Positions 43,784-54,180 of a DNA stretch of 64,000 nucleotides are shown one piece after another. Below the pieces are notes generated by a model that was not told where the DNA came from, did not search any database, and saw only the letters and a program-made list of their open reading frames with translations. Position 1 is the first letter of the stretch; every line of letters starts with the position of its first letter. The stretch is taken from contig JBEIPA010000005.1 in NCBI GenBank assembly GCA_040377305.1, positions 64,001 to 128,000 on the forward strand, written 5' to 3'. Source of the stretch: Flavobacteriales bacterium. GTDB lineage: Bacteria; Bacteroidota; Bacteroidia; Palsa-965. The translations under genes were made by a program, and so were the position numbers.

Positions 43784-44803
43784 TTACGCGTGATTCGAAG
43801 TAGAAAATTGCGCCATAAACTCACCCGCAGTTTCAACCATTGCGGCAGATCCTGCATAGAACGGTGTACGCTGGTGCAATTTCTTCGGCTCGATTTCCAG
43901 AATGCGGCAATAGCCATCGGTTGCTTTTCCTCCAGCTTGTTCAATAAGGAATGCCATTGGATTGCATTCGTAAACCAGACGCAGCTTTCCGTTTGGAGAA
44001 GACGCGGTTGTAGGATAAATATAGATTCCGCCTGTGATAAGATTGCGATGAACATCAGCCACAGCAGATCCGATATAACGCGAGGAATATGGACGCTTCG
44101 TTGCTTTGTCTTCTTCCTGGCAATACTTGAGGTACTTCTTCACACCATCCGGAAAGTGAACATAGTTTCCTTCGTTTATAGAATATGTTTTTCCGGTAGT
44201 TGGTGTCGACATCAACGGGTGCGACAAACAGAACTCACCGATTGAAGGATCGAGTGTGAATCCATTTACACCTTTTCCTGTTGTGTACACCATCATGGTT
44301 GAAGAACCGTAGATCACGTAACCGGCTGCAACCTGTTCGGTTCCACGTTGCATGAAATCTTCATTGGTAGCCGGTCCCTGTAAAGAAACACGGCGGTAAA
44401 TTGAGAAGATTGTTCCAACTGAAACGTTCACATCAATATTTGAAGAGCCATCGAGCGGATCAATTGCCACAACATATTTTGCATTGCGCGATTGCGGTGT
44501 ATCAATCGGAATAATTTCTTCGTTTTCTTCAGATGCAATTCCGCAACACTCCCCGCCAACACTCAACGCAGCGATGAACTGTTCGTTTGCGAAAACGTCA
44601 AGCTTCTTTACACTTTCACCTTGTATGTTGGTCTCACCTGCTTCGCCAAGAATATCAGCTAGTCCGGCTTTGTTCACTTCACGGTTAACGATTTTCGCCG
44701 CAATACCGATATCACGCAGCAAACGCGACAGTTCTCCTTTAGCAAATGGGAAATCGGTTTGTTTTTCGATAATGAACTGACCAAGCGTTTGTACTTTGCT
44801 CAT
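43784..44803 (-). CDS. fbp: Class 1 fructose-1,6-bisphosphatase
   Basis: [31 protein letters not shown]; -7 box TATATTTG at 44838-44831 supports the 44803 start. Confidence 0.97.
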   Translation of the reverse strand: MSKVQTLGQFIIEKQTDFPFAKGELSRLLRDIGIAAKIVNREVNKAGLADILGEAGETNIQGESVKKLDVFANEQFIAALSVGGECCGIASEENEEIIPIDTPQSRNAKYVVAIDPLDGSSNIDVNVSVGTIFSIYRRVSLQGPATNEDFMQRGTEQVAAGYVIYGSSTMMVYTTGKGVNGFTLDPSIGEFCLSHPLMSTPTTGKTYSINEGNYVHFPDGVKKYLKYCQEEDKATKRPYSSRYIGSAVADVHRNLITGGIYIYPTTASSPNGKLRLVYECNPMAFLIEQAGGKATDGYCRILEIEPKKLHQRTPFYAGSAAMVETAGEFMAQFSTSNHA

Positions 44804-44936
44804 AAAATTGTGCGTTGAAAAGAGTGCGTGCAAATATAACAGAGTTGGGAGTAATGCGGGAGGAAGAAGGAGTTGTCAGAGGCTAATTCTGTCTAATTTT
44901 ACTAGCAATTGGTCTAATTCAACATTAATCCTCAAT

Positions 44937-45410
44937 ATGAAGGCTGTTACAATTCGCAAAGCGACTCCAAACGATGTAAAACACATACTAGGACTAATCA
45001 AAGAACTCGCGATTTATGAGCGGGAACCTGAGGCCGTTGTGACCACAGAGGAGATTCTATTGCGTGATGGATTCGGAGAACATCCTCTCTTTTATTGCTA
45101 CGTAGCTGAAAAAGCTGATGGAACGATTCCCGGGATGGCCTTATATTACATCAAGTACTCTACGTGGAAAGGTCCATGCATTTTTCTCGAGGACATTATC
45201 GTTTCACAAAGCGAACGCAGGAGCGGAATCGGAAAACTCTTGTTTGAAAAAGTGATAGAGGAAACCCGTAACCGCGGAGCTTTGAGAATGGAATGGCAGG
45301 TGTTGGATTGGAACACGCCAGCGATTAAGTTTTATGAGAAGTATCAGCCGGAGGTATTGCGGGAGTGGTTGAATTATAGACTCAGTGGATCACAGCTCAG
45401 TGCGCAGTAG
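44937..45410 (+). CDS. GNAT acetyltransferase (diamine acetyltransferase-like)
   Basis: ELAIYE, YSTWKG...LEDI.V, WQVLDWN.PAI.FY. Confidence 0.9.
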   Translation: MKAVTIRKATPNDVKHILGLIKELAIYEREPEAVVTTEEILLRDGFGEHPLFYCYVAEKADGTIPGMALYYIKYSTWKGPCIFLEDIIVSQSERRSGIGKLLFEKVIEETRNRGALRMEWQVLDWNTPAIKFYEKYQPEVLREWLNYRLSGSQLSAQ

Positions 45411-45473
45411 ACAGTTCGCAGTGTGCAGTATTTCACGCGAAACTGCTAACTGCGCACTGCTAACTGCGCACTG
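45398..45473. repeat. Inverted heptamer tandem array
   Basis: CAGTGCG CAGTAGA CAGTTCG CAGTGTG ... ACTGCTA ACTGCGC ACTGCTA ACTGCGC. Confidence 0.75.
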
Positions 45474-45490
45474 ATCATTATCTTCGCGCC

Positions 45491-46756
45491 ATGAAAGTCT
45501 TCAAGTTCGGTGGCGCTTCTGTGAAAGACGAAGCCGCTGTTCGTAACCTCGCTGAAATTGTAAAGTCGTACTCTTCCGACAAGCTGATCATTGTGATTTC
45601 AGCAATGGGAAAAATGACGAATTCATTGGAGCGACTGACTGAAGCCTTCTTCCACAGGACTGGAAATGCTGAAGCTGTGTTGAAGGAAATTCGTGAGTAC
45701 CATTTCGGGATTATTGAGAAATTGTTTCCGGAGAAGTCGCATCCGGTGTACGATGAAATTCACAACACACTTGTTGAGCTCGAATGGGCGATTGAAGACG
45801 AGCCTACACATTCCTACGATTGCGAGTACGACCAGATCGTTTCCATCGGAGAAATTCTTTCCACGAAAATTGTTGCTGCATTTTTAAAAGAGCAGAAAAT
45901 AAATTGCGTGTGGAAAGATGTTCGTGATTATGTCAAAACAGACAACACCTACCGCGAAGGAAAAGTAGATTGGGAGCTCACGCAACAAATGGTTCAGGAA
46001 GAATTGCTGCCGGTGTTTGACAAAACGAACATTGTGATCACGCAAGGTTTTCTTGGTGTGACCTCAGAGAATTTCACTACTACACTTGGTCGTGAAGGAT
46101 CTGATTACACCGCGGCAATTATGGCGTATTGCACCGATTCTGAAAGCCTGACTATCTGGAAAGATGTTCCCGGAGTACTCAATGCCGATCCGAAATGGTT
46201 TGATGATACACGGCTTATTCCGCAGATGACTTATCAGGATGCGATTGAGTTGACGTACTATGGTGCAACTGTCATTCACGCGAAGACGATCAAGCCACTG
46301 CAGAATAAAAACATTCCCTTGTATGTGCGTTCATTTTTGGATCCATCGAAAGAAGGAACAAAAATTCACAACGTTCAAACACCGCTTCCCATTCCTTGCT
46401 TCATTTTCAAAGTGAATCAGGTATTGATTTCAATTTCTCCGCGCGATTTCTCTTTCATCGTGGAAGAAAATATGAGCAGCATTTTCTCCGTGTTGTCGAA
46501 ACATCGTGTGAAGATTAACACCATGCAGAATTCGGCAATCAACCTTTCACTGTGCGTGGATGAAGATGCGCAACGTTTACCGGGACTGATTGAAGAACTC
46601 GGAAAGCAGTATCGTGTCCTCTATAACGACAAGCTGGAACTCGTTACGATTCGCTATTACGATCAGGCAACGTTGGACCGCGTGACAGTCGGTAAAAGCA
46701 TTTTGCTGGAGGTGAAGAGTCGGTATACGGCGCAGTTGGTGATGAAAGACGCTTAA
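45491..46756 (+). CDS. lysC: Aspartate kinase
   Basis: VFKFGGASV, TTLGREGSDY, WKDVPGVLNADP. Confidence 0.95.
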   Translation: MKVFKFGGASVKDEAAVRNLAEIVKSYSSDKLIIVISAMGKMTNSLERLTEAFFHRTGNAEAVLKEIREYHFGIIEKLFPEKSHPVYDEIHNTLVELEWAIEDEPTHSYDCEYDQIVSIGEILSTKIVAAFLKEQKINCVWKDVRDYVKTDNTYREGKVDWELTQQMVQEELLPVFDKTNIVITQGFLGVTSENFTTTLGREGSDYTAAIMAYCTDSESLTIWKDVPGVLNADPKWFDDTRLIPQMTYQDAIELTYYGATVIHAKTIKPLQNKNIPLYVRSFLDPSKEGTKIHNVQTPLPIPCFIFKVNQVLISISPRDFSFIVEENMSSIFSVLSKHRVKINTMQNSAINLSLCVDEDAQRLPGLIEELGKQYRVLYNDKLELVTIRYYDQATLDRVTVGKSILLEVKSRYTAQLVMKDA

Positions 46757-46764
46757 CGTCGTCG

Positions 46765-46846
46765 CCCTCGGTACAGCCAGGATTTTCACGCAAGAATATT
46801 ATTCCGCTTACTCGGTCTGACAACGTTATCCTTGTCAGACCGAGTA
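46765..46846. repeat. Dispersed hairpin element copy 1
   Basis: CCCTCGGTACA leader plus perfect 15-bp stem TACTCGGTCTGACAA/TTGTCAGACCGAGTA; second copy at 53081-53173. Confidence 0.75.
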
Positions 46847-46931
46847 GCCGCCCTAATCTGTAAAGCTTGATTCAAGATTTCGGGCGTACCGAGGATTGAC
46901 AAGTGAGGAGGAAACTGTATCTTGGTAAAAC

Positions 46932-47591
46932 ATGCCAACCCCAATCCGCATCGCTTTAGCCGACGACCATCCATTATATCTCGAAGGACTGGAAATGCTT
47001 TTGAATTCTTCAGGCACTGCGAAAGTTGTGGCGACGGCTGCAGACGGATTGGAAGCGATGAAGATGATTGAACAGAATCAGTTTGATGTACTCCTACTCG
47101 ACTTGCATATTCCCAGTAAAGACGGGATGCAGATTGCGGAAGAGCTATCGAAGAAAGAGCAATCCTTCAAAATCATTATGCTTACGATGCAGCGCGGCGG
47201 CAGATACATTGATCGTTTGAAGAAATGGGGCGTGAAAGGCTATGTGCTCAAGAGTGTTTCCCTGGAAGTTCTTTCGGATGTTATTCAGCGCGTACACATG
47301 GGTGAAGAGTATTTCCCCGAAGAAGCAATGGCGTATGATCACGAAGAAGATGTGCGCTTGAAATCTTCTGTCATTACTTCAGGCACACCCGAGAAGCAAC
47401 TTACTGCTCGCGAACAGGAAATTCTCATTCTTGTTTGCAAGGAATTTTCGAGTAAGGAAATCGGAGAGAAACTTTTTATCAGCACGGGGACCGTTGATAC
47501 GCACCGCAAGAATCTATTGTTGAAGCTGGGTGTGTCGAATACGGTTGGGTTGGTGAAGTATGCGTTGAAGCATAATCTGCTCGACGACTAG
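46932..47591 (+). CDS. NarL/LuxR-family response regulator
   Basis: LADDH, LLDL, LTAREQEIL, TVDTHRKNL. Confidence 0.95.
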   Translation: MPTPIRIALADDHPLYLEGLEMLLNSSGTAKVVATAADGLEAMKMIEQNQFDVLLLDLHIPSKDGMQIAEELSKKEQSFKIIMLTMQRGGRYIDRLKKWGVKGYVLKSVSLEVLSDVIQRVHMGEEYFPEEAMAYDHEEDVRLKSSVITSGTPEKQLTAREQEILILVCKEFSSKEIGEKLFISTGTVDTHRKNLLLKLGVSNTVGLVKYALKHNLLDD

Positions 47592-47595
47592 CTTG

Positions 47596-47719
47596 TGAGA
47601 ACCGGGATTACGCCTTTGTTATGAGGACCGAGACTTTCAGGGTCAATAAACTACAAAGACGCCCTTCGACGAAAGCTCAGGACAGGCTCCGCCGCAAAGG
47701 ACCGCAAAGTTCTGAGGAC
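47596..47719. repeat. Dispersed repeat copy 2 with nested REP-like insertion
   Basis: Matches 40942-41038 except for an insertion at about 47662-47690. Confidence 0.7.
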
Positions 47720-47731
47720 GTTGAAGGCAGA

Positions 47732-47863
47732 TTATTTTGCCAAATAGCCCACCACTAATTTCCCCACCACCATCAGTACCACCAAAACGATCACCCAAAT
47801 AATAATCGTCGACTTCTTGTAAGTCTTGTGTGGTTCGTGATTATTGGTTTCGCGTTCGAACAT
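47732..47863 (-). CDS. 43-aa single-TM membrane protein (not in ORF track)
   Basis: MFERETNNHEPHKTYKKSTIIIWVIVLVVLMVVGKLVVGYLAK*; ATG 5 nt after the kinase stop. Confidence 0.6.
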   Translation of the reverse strand: MFERETNNHEPHKTYKKSTIIIWVIVLVVLMVVGKLVVGYLAK

Positions 47864-47868
47864 CGTCG

Positions 47869-49950
47869 TTAAGCCATCGTTGCGGTAACAACAGTTTTCC
47901 CGTTCTCACTTTGAATTTCCAAATTCCCACCCAACGCATTCAAAAACTCTCTCACCAGGTTCAATCCAAGTCCAGTTCCCGTCTCCATTGCAGTTCCGCG
48001 TTCAGAAGTAATGATTCCACCCTGGTGAATTTTTTCCAGCTTCTCTTTTGAGATTCCTGCGCCGGTATCTGCAACCGAAATCACGAGCTTTCCGCCTTGT
48101 GTATCAATACCAACATCGATGCGTCCGCCAGCAGGTGAAAACTTAATCGCGTTGCCAACCAGATTCCGCAGCACCAAACGTGCAATGTTCTTGTCTGTGT
48201 TCACATTCACATCGCCAACCGCAGTCGTGTACAGTTGCAATTGTTTAGCACTCATGCTTCCATTGTAAAGTGAAGCAATTTCATCTGTTACTTCAGTAAT
48301 TGAGAATTTCTCTTTCCTGATCCGTATTCCATTCTTCTGCTGAATCGACCACTGCAAAAGATTCTCGAGAAATTCCTGAAGCGGGCGCAATGTGAGATTC
48401 ATCTTCTCCAGCGATTGCGCCATTTCCTCTTTCGACATCGACTCCTTCTTCGACTGCACAACGGCATTGTAGTTCACAATGGCATTCACCGGATTTCCTA
48501 AATCATGGGAGATGATGGAGAATAATTGGTCCTTTGTTGCGTTAAGCGCCGTAAGTTCTTCTTCCGATTCGATGAGTTTCTTGTTGAGCTCTTTCAGCGT
48601 AGAATTCTGCTTAGAGATTTGTGTGTTTGCTTTGATTTTCGTGCGGTATGCATACACCGAAAGTCCGAGTACAATCAATAAAGCCAAAACGCCACCTATC
48701 AGAATTTTTTGTTTGCGTGCATCTTCTGCATTCTTCGCTTCCAATACCAGTTGCTGTTCGCGGAGCTGAGCATTCTCACGTTCCTTTTTCACGGTACCGA
48801 AGCGTGTTCGCATTTCTTCCATCGCATTGATCTTCTCTTCGTCGAGAATTTCATTGTTCAGCTGATCAAATTTCTCTAAGTACTCCAGTGCTAGTGCCAA
48901 CTTCCCGGTTTCTTTATACACTTTGTAATAAGTCCGGTAAACCTCACGCTGCAGTTCTTTGTTTCGTAGTTTCTGAGCAAGCGTATCGGCCCGTAAAAGA
49001 TATTTTTCGCTCAGATCAAACTGTTTCTGTAAACGAAATGTTTCTCCGAGTTCATGGGAAGCATTGGCGATTCCGTTTATGTCGCCAATCGAATCTTTGA
49101 TTCTAAGTGCGTCGAGTAAATACCTCTGAGCGGTTTCAAATTCACCAATGTTTCTGAAAACCACTGCCAAATTAATCATAGCGCCAGCCATCGATTTTGC
49201 ATCTCCTAAACTGTCGCACAGATTCAGACTTAAGCGATAGTAATACATTGCACTGTCGTATTTGTGCATGTCGTCGTACACGGAAGCAAGGTTCGTCATC
49301 ACCACACTACGCACGCGGTAGTCCTGATATTTAGCCGAAATGAAATCTGACTTCCGGTAATAGAGCATCGCATTCGTCGTATCACCATTTGCCTGATAGA
49401 TTAACGCAAGGTTGTTGTAGGAAATGCCCAGCGGCTTTTCGATTTGATTGGCTTCGCGGATTTCTATACTCTGCAGAATGTAGTAGATCGCACTGTCGAG
49501 GTCACCGTACTCCTTCAAATAAAGTCCAATATCATTTGCTGCGTTCGCTTCGCCCTTCGGATAGTTTGCTTTTCGTCCGGCCACCAGTGCTTTTCGCTTA
49601 TAAAGCATAGCCGAATCTTCTTCATTCAGATGATTATAGCATGAGCCAAGAATTACATAAGCGTCACATATTCTGTTCAGACTATCCAAAGCTTCCGCTT
49701 CATTTTTGAGCAACAAGGCATACTTGAGCGCACTGTCCTTATTCACTCCCTGATAGCCTTGAGAAATCTTGATCAGTGAACGAACACGTGTTGTATCGTC
49801 CTGTGTGCTCATAGCCTGCTTCAGACTATCAAGCTTCTTTTCCTTGTCGCCAGCAAATGCTGAACTACACTGCAGAATGGCTGCTACTGTCAAGAATACC
49901 GAAATCCAGTATTGAATGCTGCGGGGCATGGGTCGACCTTTGATAAGCAA
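47869..49950 (-). CDS. TPR-repeat sensor histidine kinase (HisKA)
   Basis: TPRs, TM, SIISHDL, RNLVGNAIKFS, DTGAGI, GTGLGL. Confidence 0.93.
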   Translation of the reverse strand: MLIKGRPMPRSIQYWISVFLTVAAILQCSSAFAGDKEKKLDSLKQAMSTQDDTTRVRSLIKISQGYQGVNKDSALKYALLLKNEAEALDSLNRICDAYVILGSCYNHLNEEDSAMLYKRKALVAGRKANYPKGEANAANDIGLYLKEYGDLDSAIYYILQSIEIREANQIEKPLGISYNNLALIYQANGDTTNAMLYYRKSDFISAKYQDYRVRSVVMTNLASVYDDMHKYDSAMYYYRLSLNLCDSLGDAKSMAGAMINLAVVFRNIGEFETAQRYLLDALRIKDSIGDINGIANASHELGETFRLQKQFDLSEKYLLRADTLAQKLRNKELQREVYRTYYKVYKETGKLALALEYLEKFDQLNNEILDEEKINAMEEMRTRFGTVKKERENAQLREQQLVLEAKNAEDARKQKILIGGVLALLIVLGLSVYAYRTKIKANTQISKQNSTLKELNKKLIESEEELTALNATKDQLFSIISHDLGNPVNAIVNYNAVVQSKKESMSKEEMAQSLEKMNLTLRPLQEFLENLLQWSIQQKNGIRIRKEKFSITEVTDEIASLYNGSMSAKQLQLYTTAVGDVNVNTDKNIARLVLRNLVGNAIKFSPAGGRIDVGIDTQGGKLVISVADTGAGISKEKLEKIHQGGIITSERGTAMETGTGLGLNLVREFLNALGGNLEIQSENGKTVVTATMA

Positions 49951-50165
49951 GATAGTATTAAAACTATTGCCGTGAAAAACACCAGGAACATAAAAACAAT
50001 CGGCGGCGATGACTGCTCATTCTAACAATAAACCCCATACGATATGCTACTCTACCTCCTTCACAAACACAAATGCTATTCTAAAATTCACGCATTGTTA
50101 TTTTGGTTATGCTCATGCATTGCTGGTATCGTTGCAGTAACAATCTGGGTCTTACAGCCGGTAAA

Positions 50166-52646
50166 ATGAAAACTGCGAAGTCATACCGTTTACTTATTGT
50201 TTTAGTGTTGCTGTTATCAGCGAGCAATCTAAGTGCAGTAACGTACTACTGGGTTAGAAGCACAATTGGGAACTGGAACAGTCCTAATAGTTGGTCGCTT
50301 ACTTCCGGTGGAGCTCCATTGATTGCCAGTTTTCCCACAACTACTGCCGATGTTGCAATTTTCAATGGAGGAGGGACTGCAAGTTGTAATATTACTGCAC
50401 TAGTCAACATCAATGCGACCACAATAAATGCTGGCTACACTGGCACAATCAACAACTTCGGCTTCACTCACGCTTGTACTGGAAATTTTTCAATTGCGGC
50501 CGGAACTTACAATGTCAATAATGGTGGTTTTGTAATACAGGGAAGCTTTGTTCAAACCGGAGGTACATTTAATGGAAATAGTGGTGCACTTCAGGTACTC
50601 GGTAACTTCACTAAAGGTGCCGGCACATTTAATTCGACAATCGGCCCACTTGACGTAAGAGGGAATTTCACTGTTGGCGCCAATCAATTCAATCACAACA
50701 ATGGAACGGTATTGTTCGGGGCAACCACAAGCATCATTAACATCGTAGCGCCGCTTTCGTCGGTAACTTTTTTTGGTTTCGTGAACAGCAACTACACCAT
50801 AACCGGAACTCTGACTGTTAATGCAACTTTAAGATACCAAGGCACAGGAGGAATAATTATTGACGGTGGAAATATAAATTGTTCCGGAGACGTTCTACTG
50901 TCCAACACATCTACAACTGGTGGCGGCACTTCGACATTGCAACTGGTTAGTTCGGGAACACAGCAAATCAATAGTTCAGTTCCTGTTGGTCAGTCGCGAT
51001 TGCAACATCTTACCATCGCGAAAGCAAATGGGCAGTTTGGATTTTACGGGAATGTAACTGTTACCGGAAATGTAATATATGATCCTCCGGGACTAACGGG
51101 ATGTTTTACAAATCATGGTGTAGGTGCAGTACTTGCAATGAGTGGTGCGTCATCGATTCTTACAACATATGATGCTGCAGTAACAGGTGGAAATCCTATA
51201 ATGAATGTGTGCAACCTTACCGTTCTCACCAACGCATATGTGACACTCGGTTCTTATGCGCAAATCTTGAGCTTAATCATTCAACCATTGGCATATCTGG
51301 ATGTGTCAGCCAGTAACCACATGCTGTTGGTAGCGGGAAACTGGACCAACCAAAGCACGGCAGCAGGCTCATTCAATCAGCGGTCAGGGCAGGTGCAAAT
51401 GATTAGCGGTTCTCTAACATCGTCCGTAACGGGCGGAGAAACGTTCTATGATTTTAGAATGGAAAATCCTGCAGGTCCCAGTACAATCACACTTAATTCG
51501 CGCTTGAACATTGCGCATTGCTTACGGGATGAAGTATCCTTTGGAATGAATGTGATTTTCAATACTGCTGCGAGTCCTTTGATGTTCATGGACAATGCCT
51601 ATATGTTTTATTCAAGTTCCACATGGATGTCTTTAGTTGTAACGGGTCCTGTAATGAAAATGGGTAATGATGCTTTTTCATTCCCGGTTGGAGTCGTAAC
51701 TGGCTTTAGTGTGTACACCCGCCCGCTTTCGATGTCGGCTCCCGGTTCAACTACGGAAACTTTTACAGCGGAATACTTCTACAGTAATTCCAATCCATTG
51801 TATCCGCATGCAAACCGTGATCCGCAGATAATGACTTTATCTCAATGCGAATACTGGAACTTCACCAGAACCGGAGGATTCTCCAATGTGTATTTAACAC
51901 TGAGTTTCTGGAATACCGCAACGCCTGCATGTCAGGTTCTTGCTCCCAACGATATGTTGATTTCAAGATACCAGGTGCCAACGATGTATTGGTATAACTA
52001 TGGACAGTCCGCGAACACCAACAACTTCGGACTAGGATCAGTAACCTCATCGGTGCCGGTTACAGCATTCGGAATTTTCACAATAGGCTCGAGAACTTCA
52101 TTTAATCCGCTTCCAGTTGAATTGATTGGTTTTGAAGCCGAGGCCCAGCTCAACCACGTCCAACTCGCATGGTCCACCGCCACCGAAACCAACAACGACT
52201 ATTTCGTAGTAGAACGATCTCAGGATGGAACTGCAATTGAATCGCTGGATACCATTGATGGTCATGGAACGACCAGCGAATTACATGAATATTCATCTGT
52301 TGACGAAAGCCCTTATGATGGACAATCGTACTACCGCCTCAAGCAAGTGGACTTTAACGGCGACTATACCTACTCGGAATGGCGAAGCATAGAGATGCAA
52401 CCGTTGGATCACATAAGCATGTATCCGAATCCAACTAAAGGGGAAATTCACTTCAATCTAACCGGTGAAAGTGATGTCCAATGGACGCTAACCGTTTCCA
52501 CGCTGACGGGGCAAATAGTCGTCCAACTTGCTGGCATGAAGGACGAGTTCAGAAATGTAGCCCTTGATCTTTCCGCGGGAACTTACATCGTGCAAATAGT
52601 TTCCATAAGCGGTACTTATAGCCAAAAACTCGTTCTTACCGAATAA
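50166..52646 (+). CDS. T9SS type A sorting domain protein with G/N/T-rich beta-helix-like passenger
   Basis: Signal peptide, YYWV...GNW....WS..SGG, PLPVEL..F, YYRLKQVDFNG, YPNP, G.Y.V...QKLVL. Confidence 0.9.
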   Translation: MKTAKSYRLLIVLVLLLSASNLSAVTYYWVRSTIGNWNSPNSWSLTSGGAPLIASFPTTTADVAIFNGGGTASCNITALVNINATTINAGYTGTINNFGFTHACTGNFSIAAGTYNVNNGGFVIQGSFVQTGGTFNGNSGALQVLGNFTKGAGTFNSTIGPLDVRGNFTVGANQFNHNNGTVLFGATTSIINIVAPLSSVTFFGFVNSNYTITGTLTVNATLRYQGTGGIIIDGGNINCSGDVLLSNTSTTGGGTSTLQLVSSGTQQINSSVPVGQSRLQHLTIAKANGQFGFYGNVTVTGNVIYDPPGLTGCFTNHGVGAVLAMSGASSILTTYDAAVTGGNPIMNVCNLTVLTNAYVTLGSYAQILSLIIQPLAYLDVSASNHMLLVAGNWTNQSTAAGSFNQRSGQVQMISGSLTSSVTGGETFYDFRMENPAGPSTITLNSRLNIAHCLRDEVSFGMNVIFNTAASPLMFMDNAYMFYSSSTWMSLVVTGPVMKMGNDAFSFPVGVVTGFSVYTRPLSMSAPGSTTETFTAEYFYSNSNPLYPHANRDPQIMTLSQCEYWNFTRTGGFSNVYLTLSFWNTATPACQVLAPNDMLISRYQVPTMYWYNYGQSANTNNFGLGSVTSSVPVTAFGIFTIGSRTSFNPLPVELIGFEAEAQLNHVQLAWSTATETNNDYFVVERSQDGTAIESLDTIDGHGTTSELHEYSSVDESPYDGQSYYRLKQVDFNGDYTYSEWRSIEMQPLDHISMYPNPTKGEIHFNLTGESDVQWTLTVSTLTGQIVVQLAGMKDEFRNVALDLSAGTYIVQIVSISGTYSQKLVLTE

Positions 52647-52705
52647 TAAATTGTAATAACCATTGACGGGGCAAAGCGTATTCTACCGAACTTTACCCTG
52701 ATAAA

Positions 52706-53077
52706 ATGGTTGCCCTAACAATTACCCCCACACTTAGGACTGCTGGTGTTTCATTCGATACCCAAAAGAATATTTTGGAGATCAGTGGAATATCAATTCC
52801 TGAAAATGCTGACGCGTTCTTTCAGCCTATGTACGATTGGCTGGAACAGATTGTGAAAGTGCACCAAGGTGCAATCACTGTTCGCATTAACCTTACCTAC
52901 TTCAATACTTCTTCTGTTCGTCATCTGCTTATCATTATCAAAACGCTTATTGCATCTTACCGCGATACGTTGAAAGTGCAGTGGATTTATGAACCTGATG
53001 ATGAAGAAATCCGCGAGCGCGGAGAACAGCTTTCTGAAGTGGTGAAGTTTCCGTTTGAGTTTTTGGCGGAAGAGTAA
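52706..53077 (+). CDS. SiaC-family (DUF1987) protein
   Basis: LEISG.SIPEN...FF.P..DW, L.YFNTSS, W.Y..DD. Confidence 0.88.
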   Translation: MVALTITPTLRTAGVSFDTQKNILEISGISIPENADAFFQPMYDWLEQIVKVHQGAITVRINLTYFNTSSVRHLLIIIKTLIASYRDTLKVQWIYEPDDEEIRERGEQLSEVVKFPFEFLAEE

Positions 53078-53080
53078 CAT

Positions 53081-53173
53081 CCCTCGGTACACCGGTATTA
53101 TTCTAATTCACTGCTCCGCAGATTTTCGAGTTTACTCGGTCTGACAACACGTATTAGTAATCTTGTCAGACCG
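53081..53173. repeat. Dispersed hairpin element copy 2
   Basis: CCCTCGGTACA ... TACTCGGTCTGACAA ... TTGTCAGACCG. Confidence 0.75.
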
Positions 53174-53233
53174 CGAAGCCGAGAATCATTACGGAGTAAC
53201 CCGCATGATCATTCCGGCATAACGAGGGATGAA

Positions 53234-54178
53234 TCACAAGAGTACTTCAGCCACTTTTGTGGCAAGCACTTCCGCAATCTTCCGATGACTCTCAAACGTC
53301 CAGCCGGCAACATGCGGTGATAATATCACGTTGTCTGATTTGCACAATTGCTGAAAAGCTTCGGGCAATTGCTCCGCACTGAGATTTTCGAATGATATTG
53401 ATTCGTACTCGAGTACATCGAGTCCTGCCCCGAGAATTTTTCCGGCATGAATCGCTTTCACCACAGCGTCCGTATTTACAACTTGCCCACGTGAAGTATT
53501 GATGAACCAAATGTTTTTGGAGAATGAATTGAGATAAGCATCACTCACCATTCCCTTCGTTTCTTCCGTGAGCGGAATATGCAGACTCAATACATCAGCG
53601 TTTGCGAATATTTCTTCTGGTGTTGATTCAGTTACAAATTCATCACCAAAATCTTTTTTGTATTTGTCGTAAGCAAGAATCTTCACTTCAAATCCACGAA
53701 GGACTTTTGCAAACGCAGAACCCATGTTGCCGTAACCGATAATGCCTACCGTTTTACCCGTAAGCTCAACACCGCGGTTCTCTTCCCGTTTCCAGATACC
53801 GGTACGAACTTCATTATCCGCGCGGCGAAAATTATTCATCAGTGAAAGCAACATACCGAGCGCGTGCTCTCCCACTGCAATACGATTTCCTTCCGGGGCG
53901 TGCACACATCTGATTCCTTTCGACTCAGCGTAAGCCACATCAATGTTTTCCATGCCCGCACCTGCCCTTCCTATAACTTTCAGATTTGTTGCAGCGTCGA
54001 GAAATTCTCTGCCAAGCTGATAACGACTGCGAATAATCACACCATCATAATGTGCAATTTTCGTCAGCACTTCCGGCATTGAAGAAGTATAATCTTCATC
54101 GCACACAAATCCCTTTCGCTTCAGTACTTCGAGCATCGCAGGATGATTAGAATCGAGAAAGAGAATTTTCTTTATCAT
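53234..54178 (-). CDS. D-2-hydroxyacid dehydrogenase (SerA-like)
   Basis: GIIGYGNMG, INTSRG, LDVLEYE, SPHVAG. Confidence 0.92.
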   Translation of the reverse strand: MIKKILFLDSNHPAMLEVLKRKGFVCDEDYTSSMPEVLTKIAHYDGVIIRSRYQLGREFLDAATNLKVIGRAGAGMENIDVAYAESKGIRCVHAPEGNRIAVGEHALGMLLSLMNNFRRADNEVRTGIWKREENRGVELTGKTVGIIGYGNMGSAFAKVLRGFEVKILAYDKYKKDFGDEFVTESTPEEIFANADVLSLHIPLTEETKGMVSDAYLNSFSKNIWFINTSRGQVVNTDAVVKAIHAGKILGAGLDVLEYESISFENLSAEQLPEAFQQLCKSDNVILSPHVAGWTFESHRKIAEVLATKVAEVLL

Positions 54179-54180
54179 GT

